Below, piece by piece: positions 1 through 40,542 of a stretch of DNA of 64,000 bases. The translations under genes were made by a program, and so were the position numbers. The notes under the pieces were generated by a model that was not told the DNA's origin, did not search any database, and saw only the letters and a program-made list of their open reading frames with translations. Positions within the stretch are counted from its first letter, which is position 1. Each line of letters opens with the position of its first letter. Source of the stretch: Tubiluchus corallicola (Eukaryota > Animalia > Priapulida); contig JAQGDQ010000293.1 in assembly GCA_030141605.1 (NCBI GenBank), positions 186,001 through 250,000 on the forward strand, given 5' to 3'.

Positions 1-103
1 TTTAATGCAATATGTGGATTATAAAAGGACAAACTTAAATGGGATTTAATGCAATTATTAAAGTTATTCATAATCTTGTGTACAATGTACATAACTTTTC
101 TAG

Positions 104-3100
104 GCTCTATCTGATGCCAGACGAAAGGAGGTACCTGCAATCAAAGCAAAAGCGCAAAACCTGCAATCCAAAGTTCGACGAGTCATTTGTCTTTCAGGTA
201 AGCAGAAAGTCCTTAGTTCAAATCCAGGCTGCATCCCAAATTTTTCACATTTCCCGTCTTTCAAGTTTGGTATCAAACTTTAGTTAATTGTGGGTTTGTA
301 ACATTATTAATAATAATCTTGACATTAAAATTTTAATAGTTAATTAATCACCCACAAAAATTTCTGGCTGAAAATTAACAAAAAATTATTCTGATTAGCT
401 AGAATCCCCCTAATATAAGCGATCTAACATTGGAAATGCTAAATTTAGTTGTCTACTTGTAAGGGGAGAACTTGGACTGCCTTGACCACTAGGAGATGTT
501 GTGGCCTAGTAGGCAAAGCATCTGCAATGCAAGCAGAATGTCGCTGGCTCACGTCCAGGCTGCATCCCACCTCACTCACATTTGCTGTCTTCGAAATTTG
601 GCACCAAAATATCACAAGTTGTGGAGTTTGTAACATGAAAAATATCGTGATAGAATAGCATCTCTCTCTCTCTCTTTATAAACTACAGCATTTTGTACAA
701 ACGGGCTGTTAGTAAAGGGTCAAATTAAAAAATGGTTGATTTTACATTGAGTAGCTTCACGCAATATGGCCGACACAGTGCATTAAACAATGCATAAAAT
801 AAACATAGGAAAATCTATGGTGATAAAACGTCTCAGCGACAATAAAGTGTTTATTATTCCCTAGAGTCAAAATCAAGTGTGCCGGGAATCTTTCGCGCAA
901 CATAACAAAACATATTAAGTAATGTTCAAAGTGGATAGTAGTAGCGCTAGAAGTATATTGTACTTTGTAAGCGATATATTGTCCGACAGCAAAAAAGCTT
1001 GATCTTTGACATTCAGAATCTTTTGGTCAGAATGACAGCACAGATTTTCACCACCAGAAAATATGCAGTACGTAGAAATACAGAAAATACGGCATTTTCA
1101 ATTAACAACACGGTTCATCGCCAATTGAAATATCGTATCGCATTGTAACATTGTTATTTTCTGGTGATGAATTGTCTTGTCTTTGTCTTAAAAGAGTTAC
1201 CAGTGTTTAGCTCCAAGACTTAACAAGGTTCACCTGGTTGCTCCCTGTTGGAAAGTAGAGTAGCCGATTGAGACAAAACCTGAAATTCATAAACTTGATT
1301 TCTCATTCATTTATATGTATTGTTTTTTCTGTACCTTTTGTTTCCTGTTGACTTGTGCAATTATTTTTGTGCACAAACCAATAGATGGATTTTATTAGAA
1401 TGATCAATGCATTTATAAATTTTTATAATGAAGTTTAGTATAGTGACAGTTTTGTATTTTGGCTCTTAATTTGCAGATATCCATAAGAGCCTTTGAAGAA
1501 AGGACACTGAAGTTGAGTGTGTTCGATGTTGACCGACACAAGAAGCACAATGCCATTGGTCACGTATTCTATCAGTTGCGTGACCTTGACCTGACCACTG
1601 AAGGACGGGCAATAATCAAACGTGATTTAGACAAGGAGGTCAATGAGGTATGTTCTCAACCTATTGTCACACGGTACAGCTATGCTCATATGATCGTATC
1701 TTGACGAATGATTCCAGTGATTTACCAAAAGTGTGGTCACAATTTTTCTACGATGATAACATCGTCAGACAAGTTGCAATTTTTATCTGTGGTCATCGAG
1801 AATCGGAGAGAAAACACACGCCAAGCTTTCTTTGTCTTATTAGGCATCTAGTTTTAGGCAGCAAGTCACAGCTGTTCATAACGAATAACTCAACGGCTGT
1901 AATACGTAGAGAGGTTGAGACTGCCATGACATGGTTAAGTAAGCTGGAATTATTTAAGGCCCTGATGTGAAACTTAAGACAAATTGCTCTGTCACATAAA
2001 GAGTAAATCGCACTGGACCAGACATAGTCAAGTGATAATTAGTCATGAGAGCATCCTGACACAGGTCAGCTATGGGTCAGTTACACAAGATTAAACTGCA
2101 CTTAGCCAGGCATAGTCAAGTGATAAACACAGACACGCTTGTTGATTTGGATTCGTCCATTAAGTCATTTAGTCTCGTTCTGAATATCTGAAGATGTCAG
2201 GCAATGTTCTGTCATTTAATGATTTTTTTACTTCTGCAGCCCCTATCTTCTGCGGACTTAGGAGAAGTGAATGTAGCCCTGTGCTACAACTATGACCTGG
2301 AGCGGCTGACAGTGACAGTATTCGAAGTCAAAGATCTGAATGTAGACGCCAGCAGCTCTATAGGTAAAAACTGCATAATTATTAATTAACCTGCCCCAAC
2401 CATCAGTATGTATAATGACACTCCACGGCGAGTGCTGCAACGTCATAAAAAATCCGTCACTACGAATGTCCATCCGTCACTACAAATATCTATCACATGT
2501 TGGCATAAATACAAATGCGACAAACAGTCTGACATTACTTGGCAATTTTCTTGCATAGGCAGCTGTGGGTGGCCAAATATATTAAGCCTATAAATTACGT
2601 GTTATGATAAACTGTTATGGTCCATTACCAAACCAACCCTGGCAGGAAACTAACAATGGCAATGTTGAAGAAGATAGTTGAGTACCCCAGTTGAGTAGAA
2701 GTATACTGTGGTGCCTGGTCTTGCAAAGGGATATCCAGAGTACGGATTTAAAGGAGGATAAATTGAGATATTAGTTAATCACCTCCCAAAAATGACGTCT
2801 GTCATAAGAGATCAGGGACTACAAAGGTCAAAAGGTCAGACATTGAAATTTTTGAAGATACTGTAAGATAATGATGTGTGGTACAGTTTAACAATACCAT
2901 TGAATACTATGCAAAAAACACTAAAGTTTAATAAATTTACAAGAATAGACTTGTAAAATTTACTNNNNNNNNNNNNNNNNNNNNNNNNNNNNNNNNNNNN
3001 NNNNNNNNNNNNNNNNNNNNNNNNNNNNNNNNNNNNNNNNNNNNNNNNNNNNNNNNNNNNNNNNNNNNNNNNNNNNNNNNNNNNNNNNNNNNNNNNNNNN

Positions 3101-5432
3101 NNNNNNNNNNNNNNNNNNNNNNNNNNNNNNNNNNNNNNNNNNNNNNNNNNNNNNNNNNNNNNNNNNNNNNNNNNNNNNNNNNNNNNNNNNNNNNNNNNNN
3201 NNNNNNNNNNNNNNNNNNNNNNNNNNNNNNNNNNNNNNNNNNNNNNNNNNNNNNNNNNNNNNNNNNNNNNNNNNNNNNNNNNNNNNNNNNNNNNNNNNNN
3301 NNNNNNNNNNNNNNNNNNNNNNNNNNNNNNNNNNNNNNNNNNNNNNNNNNNNNNNNNNNNNNNNNNNNNNNNNNNNNNNNNNNNNNNNNNNNNNNNNNNN
3401 NNNNNNNNNNNNNNNNNNNNNNNNNNNNNNNNNNNNNNNNNNNNNNNNNNNNTTGCACAGAATAGTTGTTAATTGGCAAAATGACTTCGGCAAAAACAAT
3501 AAAAGATATAGATTCGTTAAGCAGGAACTTATCCGTCCACTAACTAATGAAACACGCTTAAAGAGCCAAGTGTCTTTTGCAGACTAATCAACTGCTGTGC
3601 ACCAAAAAGAATTCAAGTTCAGGGCCTTCTTTGGAAGCAAAGACTTATGTATGTATAATTCTCATTTCAGATACATACGCAAAAGTAACATTGAATTATC
3701 TGAACAAGCCTATAAAGACGAAGAAGACTAGCGTGGTGAAAAAGACAGAAAATCCGGTTTATAACGAGTCATTTACGTTCAAGCTAGAGCCAGATAAACT
3801 AAACGTTGCCAGCATCAGTGTGGTCATCATGCGACATGAGATGGCTCCCAAAAGTAAGATTTTCTGTGTTGCTGTTTGCTTTAGCAAAAATAATTGGACT
3901 TTTTTAGACACTACAACAATACCTCAGGTTAGTTGGAATTAACAAAAAATGCAATAATCATTAGATCATGACTTTGAATGCCAGAAATTAAAAAGCCATT
4001 AATTGTTGTTTAATTTTCAACAACTATTAACGTTGTGGTTAATGAGTTCAAGAAAGAAAGAAGATGTAGGCTTTGCAACAACTCTTAAAATTAATTAGAT
4101 TATGTGTGAACTATGCACAAAGAAAATGAGAAAAGTGCAAAGGGCATTGAAAACCACTAAAAATTAATCACAATAAATCGTTCTACTTTTTGTCATTAAG
4201 GATTAACTCCACGTTTTAAGTGTCGAAACAGATTTGATCTTAAGCTGCCCAGCAGTGATTTACCTACTTAATTAATTTAGCATTAATTAATTACTTCGTT
4301 GAAAAAATTCAATAATAGCCTATTTGAAGGGTGAATAACTGAGTGGTCACACGTAAATGCTTCTCCTAAACCTGGCTTGTCTGCCAGAGTTCAATACTCA
4401 CATTGGGTGGGTTCATTTTCCATACTCTGATTGCCGCTGTTTACCCTAGTGAGAGGATGTCCATATATATCAGCATGTGACTAAGACGGACATCTCTGCA
4501 GAGGTTTCATCTTAGACGGTTAACCGGGGTCATGAATCAATCTTGCTATAAACATTAATTTGCATATGTCTGTCAATGAATGCTAGAATTTGGCTTTATC
4601 TTTTTACTTAATCTTCTAATCCTATTAATTGTCTTTTTACACCTCTCCCTAATATTCTCTTCCAGAGATTATCTATCACATTACATTATTCTCCATCCAT
4701 TGACTTTAATGGCATTCTGGTTTTACGATTTCTTGCTTTCCGTTCACGTTTCTCCTGACATTTGCTCTCTCTCATTACCCATCATTATCTTAAGGGACTA
4801 GTACTACTTCAGATAGTTTATTTCTTTTCTTTGCTTAATAATTAACTAATAATAAATTAATAATACTGTAGTCCTTACGTGGAATTGCATACGAGTAGTT
4901 TAGAAATTTTTACTGCTACGTATTGTACTAATTAGAAAAATAAAACTTGCACATTATAGTTCAGCTCTTTTAATTAAAGCCTACGTAAACCAGAAAGCAT
5001 TGCTTATTTACTAACCTTTCATTCTGCTATACGAAAAATTATGATGGCACTGACTATTTTACTATTCTCTGGCATAATAGCATTGAGTATTTTACTATTC
5101 TCTGGCATAATAGCATTGAGTATTTTACTATTCTCTGATATGCATAATGTCCAATTACATTGTGGGATGAACATGAATTGTGCATAGAAAATTTGTAGCA
5201 GCGTATAAATGTGCATTATTATTTCTTTACACAGATGTGCTAACAAATTAATGATTTGATAATGGTGTAATGAGTCACACAGCTCCATTTTTTGCTTTCA
5301 GCTGATAAATTGATTGGTCGTGTCTGTCTCGGATCAATGATGTTCGCTCGTGGAAAGGAACTGGAACATTGGAACGACATGTTGAGTTCACAGAAGGAAC
5401 AAGTGCAACAGTGGCACTCTCTCACCTCATAA
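104..5432 (+). CDS. SYT15: Synaptotagmin-15-like tandem C2-domain protein, 3' part (5' exons lie before the window)
   Basis: GT-AG exons with consistent phases: 104-197 (LYLMPDERRYLQSKQKRKTCNPKFDESFVFQ), 1477-1647, 2240-2363, 3671-3853 (KTKKTSVVKKTENPVYNESFTF), 5302-5432 (DKLIGRVCLGSMMFARGKELEHWNDML...QWHSLTS*). The PDERR.LQSK.KRKT.NP.FDE and RG.ELEHW..ML motifs resemble Syt15 as recalled. Confidence 0.85.
2965..3452. other. Assembly gap (488 N)
   Basis: Run of N inside a Syt15-like intron. The flanking exons are phase-compatible, so no exon has to be missing. Confidence 0.99.
5055..5137. repeat. 33-bp tandem repeat, about 2.5 copies
   Basis: tattttactattctctg recurs at 5055, 5088 and 5121. 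Confidence 0.85.
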
Positions 5433-5675
5433 AAGATAGAGTCAAATAAACTTTTATTTTTCTTTTGTCAGTAGAAAAAAGCAAGCAGCACTGTAGGTAT
5501 ACTATATGATATACAAATTGTAACTGAGAGTACTGTTATAATGTATAATAGAGCTGTTGAATTGTGACTGAAACTAGACACAACCCAAATCACAGCAACT
5601 AAATGACTACATACAAATTCTAAGTACTGAAATATTCTCAATAAAACTCACGATAAATGCTGCCATGATGCATAC

Positions 5676-5968
5676 CACCTATACAGGCAAACCCTGGGTT
5701 TTGTACATGTTACGCAACATACAAAGAGTTCACAGATGATAAAGTAAAGACAACGAAACTTGATATGTTGAGAGCATCACCTATACAGGCAAACCCTGGG
5801 TCTTGTACATGTTACGTAACATACAGAGAGTTCACAGATGATGAAAGTAAAGATAACGAAACTTGATATGTTGAGAGCATCACCTATACAGGCAAACCCT
5901 GAGTCTTGTACATGTTATGTAACATACAAAGAGTTCACAGATGATGAAAGTAAAGATAACGAAACTTG
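5676..5968. repeat. ~102-bp tandem repeat, about 3 copies, in the probable Syt15 3' UTR
   Basis: cacctatacaggcaaaccctg starts at 5676, 5778 and 5881. Confidence 0.9.
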
Positions 5969-7816
5969 AATGCTGTGAAAAATAAAGGAATCCAGGTATA
6001 AGGTAATCAGAATAGGCTATAAGTAAAACGAAAAAGGTAATACACTTAATTACGTAATCATAACAATCTTACAATAAAATGGAGAATATTTATATTGCAG
6101 TCATTAAGAATTATAATGCAAATGCGTCGTAGAATAAATTCTGCTTTTAGCAAATTGCCAGTGCTAACGAATGATGCCACTTGAAGGTTTCATTATTATG
6201 AGTAAATAAGATGTTTGAAAACGTTTGTAGTAGAAGTAGCCGAACTTATCAAGATTTCAATAAAGAACGTAAATATTCATAAGTGTTGTTAACTGCCTGT
6301 AAATAATGTATATTGATTTGTATCAAACTCACAATGCTCATGCATTCAAGGTTGGAAACAAAAAAATCAGCAAAGATCAGCAACCAGTTGGTTTGTGGAC
6401 CACTAGAACTGGTAATCTCAAAATTTTACTTTAAATTTGCTAAGTGAATCCAGCGAAAAGCGAATATTTAAACTCTGTCGTGTATAAAATTCTATGCTTG
6501 AGCCTCTCATATTGCGCCATTTCGGGGCTGATTGTTTTTTTAACGTAATAAATTTCGAAAGGAGATGGGAATCTCTGGAAAAAATGTGAGAATTTTATAT
6601 GGACGGCATTAAATAAAAATAACATTATCTGCACGATACTTATAATAAATGACAGATAAATTAATGAAAACTTTGCAATATTAGTGGAACATTATATTAC
6701 TGTGCTGGAGAAACCAAACACCGCCTGTAAGATGCCATACAGAAAATAAAAACTTATACATGGTGTATTTGTTCTTTGTAAGCAAAGAAAAGCCAGTATT
6801 GTAAAAATTATTTGTCAGTAATCTGCACTGCTTTCCATTTGCGCATATTATACATACACATGTTTAGACACATCTTAATGCACGGAATAGGTTGATAAGT
6901 CACGTCTGGTCAAAAATTTACGCTGCAATTGAAATCGCCAATGTCTACATTGTACTTTTTGTAAGAGATCTATTTAAACTGTACGGAGACATGTCCTGCA
7001 TGAAATTAATATTGTTAATGTACTGGTCATTATTTTCTTGTTTAATAAAGTGAAATATTGAAATGTAATTAGTGAGAGTTTTGTCTTTATTTTATGTGAA
7101 TAGTATAAAATGTTATGTGCATTTGCAAGTTTGGACTTTAAAAAATAGAACTCATGAAAAGTAAGTATCCGTAGGCTGGGACCAGGGTGAGAAACTACAA
7201 AAAAAGAGTCACAATTTTAACTCAGTGTAAAGCAATCTTCCATGTTTATAATGAATCTGTAAAGCACTGCTAAAAACACTCAGAGACTTTCTAATGAGTC
7301 TAGCACATACGGATAATTCAATAGTAGAAATTTCTTAATTTTAGAATACATTTTAAAATCAATAGCTAAGGTTAAGTGAAAACAAAACAAAAATACTTAC
7401 AAAATGATGAGCAAACGATGATGTTTTAAGTGAAAAGCAGCCGTTACGAAATTTCACAGATGTTTGCTTCGTACAACATTTTCAAAATGTTTGACAACCT
7501 AGGTAATGGTAATACTACTGATAGCTCACTGAGTTAATAATGATGCTTAAACCAGGGTAAGCAGTTTGTGTGACTTTTTGCAGTACAATAACATTATACC
7601 TTTGCACTGCTGCTACATACTGCATGAAACTTTGGAGTCAACAAGACCGGCAGCAGTACAAGTGAGAGACCCGAAGATTTTTCGTTATATGATACAAATC
7701 CACTAATCAGAAGCACACTGAAATGTCACAATACTTCAAGCAATGAAATTAAAGTTTCTAAATCTCCTGGCAGCTGCGTCCACCAGCATCAGATGGCGAC
7801 ACAGACACATGCAAGG

Positions 7817-10800
7817 TTAATCAGCATCTTCTGGCTCTAAGTTAATATTTGTGCCAAATCTTGCATATAGTTGTAACTTTAAGTCTTGCAGCACAGTTCG
7901 AATACTTTCAGATTTTTTCTCGATTTCGTCAATATCTTGCTGGGCAGTGACCTTGGCGACTTCAATCATATTTAGCGTTTCTTCAACAGACTGATTTACA
8001 TAAACTTCACCAATCATATACGTTCAATGCATTAAGGAAGAAGAACAAGGCACCTAAATTAATGGGATACGTTTCTACTCTAGTATCAAAGTAAAAGCTA
8101 TCAAAAAATTTAATACAAATCTAGCAACTACTGCATTAATTACACATCATAAGCTGCCATTAAATTATATTTATTATGCCCTTTATTATGCACCAGCTAT
8201 GCTAATGCAGGGGTTCTTAGATTAACATTCTGACAGGCCAAGACTTTGTACAATTTTTGAACTCATATTGACAGTAAACTCAGAAGGGCAGAACTAAACT
8301 GACTGAAAAATCAGTGGCGTAGATAGGGGAGGCAAAAAGACGACATTTTTCGGAAGGCGGCACTTTAACCAAGTACACTGAAAAAGTTTATTCTGTTGGA
8401 ACAGCAGAAATGGGTTCCAAAAGTTATCAAGTGTAGAGTAAACAAATGCTGTTGTCTAATTTATGCATCAATAAATGTTATAGGCATTGAGACATATAAT
8501 TTGTCTGCCGTAATTTGCGTGTCTATTGCTTTAGCGTTACAATGTTTACATTTTCATTGTTTACCATGAAAATTCAATTATCAAACTTTTAAACGTTATT
8601 CGAGGTGTTGTGTATTTTTCGTAACAGGAGGCAAAACAGCAGATACAATTTAATTTTCCATGAACACACTGTTTGTGGTGCTTGTTCTTGAAAGTTTGTT
8701 ACAAACGAACACGATAATTAGTGATTTAATATCTTTGTAATATTTACATAGCTTTTTCTTTTTTTGTTTTCAAAATTTTTGCGAGATTGCTGCAAAGTAT
8801 ATTTATAATCAAGTTCTTTTCTGTAGTAACATTTATAGATGCTTCTATGGGGCCTATTGTAGCTTTTGAAGCATCTTGGGAGAATTTATATTTCTTCATT
8901 AACAAGTTTTTTCAGTGGTGCTTTATTATTTTATCTCCAGAACCGACTTATCGCAACTGCAACACAACACCTATAAGAACCTAAAATCGCACTGCTGTAG
9001 CTACTAAAATACTAAACTAATTGCTAATTAAGTCAGAACTTCAAAAGGATATGGAATAAGATCATTATCCTCATCAGCCATCAATAATTCATCAGAAGCA
9101 TCTTCTAAATTCTGCAATTCTTTCTGTAAAAACATTTTGGTGATGAAAACACTTTCGGTATATATTATTACAGTTCACACTTTAAAAAGAAATACCCAAT
9201 AATTATTTGTCGAAATTCTTGCTACTAAGTAGCATTTTTGTGTTAAAAATACTCATTGTTTTGATTATTTCGTTAACAATACATGTGAAGAAACTGTGTT
9301 GACTTGACACTTTGAAATAACGGAATAATGAAACTTAGAAATATAAACTAACATTAACATTCCTAACTAGAAAAATTTAAATAGAAGGGTACACAGAAAA
9401 TTATCTCAGTACATGTAAAAGCCAAGGGACATATCTGATAATTCTTTTTGCACAACAAGTATTTATGCAAAGGAATCGTCTGCACTCAATAAGCAAGACG
9501 TTGATTCTTACAAGATGGCTCCTTATCTAAACTCATTTCTTTGGAGCTTGCATTCATCTTGGGCAAGATATCATATATTACATATATTGATCACATTCAA
9601 ATTTTATCTAATGGGCAAGATATAATGGTTTTTGCTTCAAGCCATCTATAGAAAGGATCAGTTGTTTGTGTTTAAAGGCAGTATTAGTTGTTAAACTGAA
9701 CAGCCAGGAGTGATTCAGCACAACAAAATTTGTTCAGCTAAATGGAGATGATCCAAAGGCAAAATATGAAAGCTGTACAACTGCAAATTTGCTGCGTCTG
9801 AAGAATTCTTAAAATTGACCAAGTATGGCATCAAGCTCTCGCTTGACCTAATCAGACAACCTTTGGAGCAGAAGGAAAACCACTACTGTCGCAAGTCCAA
9901 AATACACAGATTGCAAGCGGCATTCAGCTCTGCCCATCTGAATGATGTAACACACATTCTCACAAACACTCGCTGCTGGAAGTCAGCTACAGCATATAAA
10001 TAAAGGTGAAAAACATGAATAGCTCCTTTTGCCCAAGTCTCTAGTTTAAAAATCGGAAGAAAAGAGCAAAATTTTAAAAATGGTAGAAAGACAACAGGTT
10101 GCAAATTATGCATCTTTTATTATATTCATTACTTCTTTGTTTCAGTAATTTATTTTTTGAAATATTAGTAAGATTTGTTTTAATTGACTAGATTGTTCAA
10201 GTAGCATTATTTATTACTATTATTATTAATATTACTGTTATTAAAAAGTTCATAATTAATATATTATACAGTAGGCCTACTGGTATTTTTTGGTAGCAGC
10301 ATATAGCAGTTTAGTTTATTACCAATAAAAAAAGAATACAAATGTTTAAAATGTCATCTAGTAATATATGATAATATAATATATACCTAAATAAATTAAA
10401 TAAAAATCAAATAAGTTAGCAGAGGTAAACTTTGTGACTATTAATAATTATAAAACGTACATACTAACGTTCATTCAGGCAGCCATAAGCAAAGAACAAA
10501 ATCTTATGTTAAGCTGTACAGTAGAGTATCTGAAATATCCTATTCCAGTGCATTAAGTCTTGATATAGCAATTTTTCGATTGGGAAACCAATAAGTCACA
10601 CTTTTCTTCTGGGTAAAGAACATCTGCATTACATGTGTCCCAAGCACAACACTTCACCATTCTATACTCTCTTTCACCGATATTTAATGAATTTAACAAG
10701 CAGAAACAATCATGAACACACGCTTTCCCTGTATATTTATATGAGCTTCACATGCTTCACATGGGAGAAAGTCCAGGCGCGAGCAATAGAAAAGCTGTTA

Positions 10801-11852
10801 GAGGCAAAATACAGCTGGTCTGATCGGCCATTGCGAGGCAGACCCCGCTGGCTGATTGATGTTCTGCGATCTATGAATTACAAACATAATAAAACAAATT
10901 CGACTGCTATTAAATGTCATACCTTTCGACCAGCGAGTTCATCCTGTAGTTCCTGTAGTCGCATATTTTGCCTAGCAAACTTGTTGATCTTCTGCTGATC
11001 TTCAAAAGAAACTTCAACATCTGTATTTGGATCCTAAAATAAAAATACCATAAAATTCTACTCGCTTCATTTTATTTTGCTTAACTATGCCCATGTGCAA
11101 TACTTGTCTCGTGCTGCCATCTTTCAGCAAACTAAACGAAAGAACTTATATATACGAATAATCCTGGGCGTTAAAAATAAGTGCTGTACTTTTTACAGTA
11201 TTTATTGCCTCTTTACAAAACATACCTGGTGCACTAATGAAAATGCTACATCAAAAAAGTGGTCGACTGCCCATGAAAAAGATTACACAGAATTAAGTAA
11301 CACAACTTATCCTCAAACATGTGCAAGGAGCTGCATAGTAACTGCACCATCATAAAGTTTTTTAAAGCGTCTAGTAACTTTGCTGACAGTGTAAAAAACA
11401 CTATCTACACCACAGGTTCCTCTGAATGAACTAGGTGTATAGATAGAAGAACATTTACGTTTAAGATAATCACATAATAATTTTTTTCACTTGCAATTTT
11501 GACACTAAATACAGAAACACTTATTCATGCATTCATACACTTGAATGGATGCATAAAATTCTAAATCGCAGCAGGACCATTGTATAAATAAATAAGTCTT
11601 GGTTAATGTGAGTTTGTGAATGGTTAAGAAAACACGAAAAGTGCTGCTAGAAATTTGGGCACAAAGTTTAGACATGCTTGTTCAATAAAAGAGTCGTAAA
11701 CTATAGAGTTAAATCTATTAATATGTATTATTCATTGCACATAGAGTTGTTTCAACGCGCATAGAGCTATGTTATTACAGCAATTACTTTTGGAAAAATC
11801 CAGAGTTGAACTAACTCACCACATGTCCCGTAGCTTTTATTGGCGCTGCCAT
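7817..11852 (-). CDS. PFDN4: Prefoldin subunit 4 (139 aa, 4 exons)
   Basis: Exons 11852-11820 (MAAPIKATGHV), 11033-10923 (DVEVSFEDQQKINKFARQN...), 9123-9053 (KELQNLEDASDELLMAD...LIP), 8021-7817 (YMIGEVY...LKLQLYARFGTNINLE...*). Total 420 nt. The EDQQKINKFAR, IPY.IG and LYAxFGxNINLE motifs are typical of PFDN4. Confidence 0.95.
8022..9052 (-). other. U12-type (minor spliceosome) AT-AC intron, PFDN4 intron 3
   Basis: On the minus strand: 5' splice site ATATCCTTTT at 9052, branch site TTCCTTAAT at 8039-8031, 3' end AAC at 8022. Splicing restores the conserved I-P(CC|G)-Y-M-I-G. Confidence 0.93.
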
Positions 11853-13369
11853 CTTGTGGTGCAGTGAAATTGGTCTTAAGGTACTACACAATATCTAAAC
11901 CTGAAAATTTTGCAGATAGATTTAAAATATTTATTGTTAGTTGCAACTTGTAGCAAGGAGGGTATGTGGGATGAACCAAGTACCGCACTTTGGGGTAGAC
12001 ATTCCAGTGTGTCATAACATACCCAACAATTGCGATTTCGAAACAAATTTAGGCCCAATAGTAATAGCAATAGCCTATACAGTACTATTTACGTGAGTAG
12101 CAAAAATCAGATTCGGGTATACCTTTTCCTTTTTACCCGTCGGGTACCCATGTACCCGATTGTTAAGAACCAACAGAGTGAAGAAATTGAAATCATTTTT
12201 TGCAAAGAAAAACAAAGACCATACATAACTTCGTTTCAGCATGGTATTGTGAAAGAATTTGCAAGTAGAACTAAATACACCGTAAGGCGGAAGGATAAAG
12301 AAGAGAGTAGGGAAAAGAAAGAACAATGGCGTAAACACGTTTTTTGTAGATCGGATAGTGAATTTATTTTAATAAGTTGATTAGATAAAGATTAAAGTAT
12401 TTTTTACGTTTTATTTGTATTATCAGCCGTTGCAGTTGTTGTTGGAACGGTAAGACTATTTACAATAAAAGAATAATGCACAGAAAGCATCAAAAAGAAG
12501 AGACTGTACGTTACACTTGGATTGGTAGGGAAATTAATTGACAATCTTGACAATTGGAGATAACACAAAAATCTGCCATCTTTGAAATCATATACTATGT
12601 GGGGCATTCGCACTTGCTCAACATCCCTGCATACCGTCTCCTTGTTCCAATACCGGCCAACCTCACCTTGACGGCTCGGGATTCACCACGTATCCCTCGC
12701 TGTACACTGCCTTGCCATGTTCTCCAGTGCCATCGCAACAACACGGTACATCGCAAGGCGTTACACAATGAGGTGACATATACCAGTACTGCTACGGCAC
12801 ACAGCTAAGTGGAAAACGGGTAAGTTGAGCAAGCGCAAACATCTAAGTACAATAGAAATATGATGCGAAAACACGGACAATCAAGTGTCGAATGTAATCA
12901 GCGTTAGAGCCTTCGATTTGATGAAGTTAACACGTTATCACGAAGAAGTTAACCCAGTAGATGAAAAGACAATCACTTAATAGTTAATTACTTATGTCAA
13001 GGTTTAGTAATTCATAATTTTTAATCAACAAGAACTTATAAAATTAAATTCAAACTTCAGCAACAAAATTAACAAAAACGTACGAGTCTAGCAGATTACA
13101 CGCTACTTTTTTCAGTCTATTTCTTCAAAGTATATGCCTATAATTTTATTTCACATTCCGCAAAAGCATGACCCAAAATTCATTGACGAAAAAAAGTGGA
13201 AATAACCGAAAACTTATTTCTTCAATTTCAAATTTTAGCTTTCGCGAAAAGGTTGCTGCTATTGCAGTATCGTGTTGGTTGTAAAAGTCGTAATTTCAAC
13301 GCTATAATCATTTTTGTGCTTTTCAAGGCTTTGTTTTATAATTTTGATTATTATCCTGAAATTTTGACG
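11853..13369. promoter_or_regulatory. Divergent (head-to-head) PFDN4/DDX46 upstream region, probable shared promoter region
   Basis: The two ATGs are 1.5 kb apart on opposite strands. TSS positions are not determinable from sequence. Confidence 0.55.
12488..12923 (-). ncRNA. Candidate long rod-like structured RNA, family unknown (alternatively a decayed fold-back element)
   Basis: Nested inverted segments: 12824-12841/12605-12622 (18 bp, 4 G.U), 12783-12791/12648-12656, 12858-12864/12587-12593, 12878-12888/12513-12524, 12917-12923/12488-12494. Most non-Watson-Crick positions are G.U on the minus strand. Confidence 0.45.

Positions 13370-40542
<27,173 letters not shown>

Noticed and set aside
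2937-3499. 179-180 aa poly-X ORFs
   Set aside because: Artefact of the N gap.
11100-11124. Second aagATGGCAGC start-like sequence in PFDN4 intron 1
   Set aside because: The nearest GT donor gives phase 2, incompatible with phase-0 exon 2, and read-through hits a stop.
12420-12960. Telomerase RNA as the identity of the intergenic fold
   Set aside because: No template of at least 8 nt for TTAGGG or TTAGG on either strand, and no P6.1-like hairpin.
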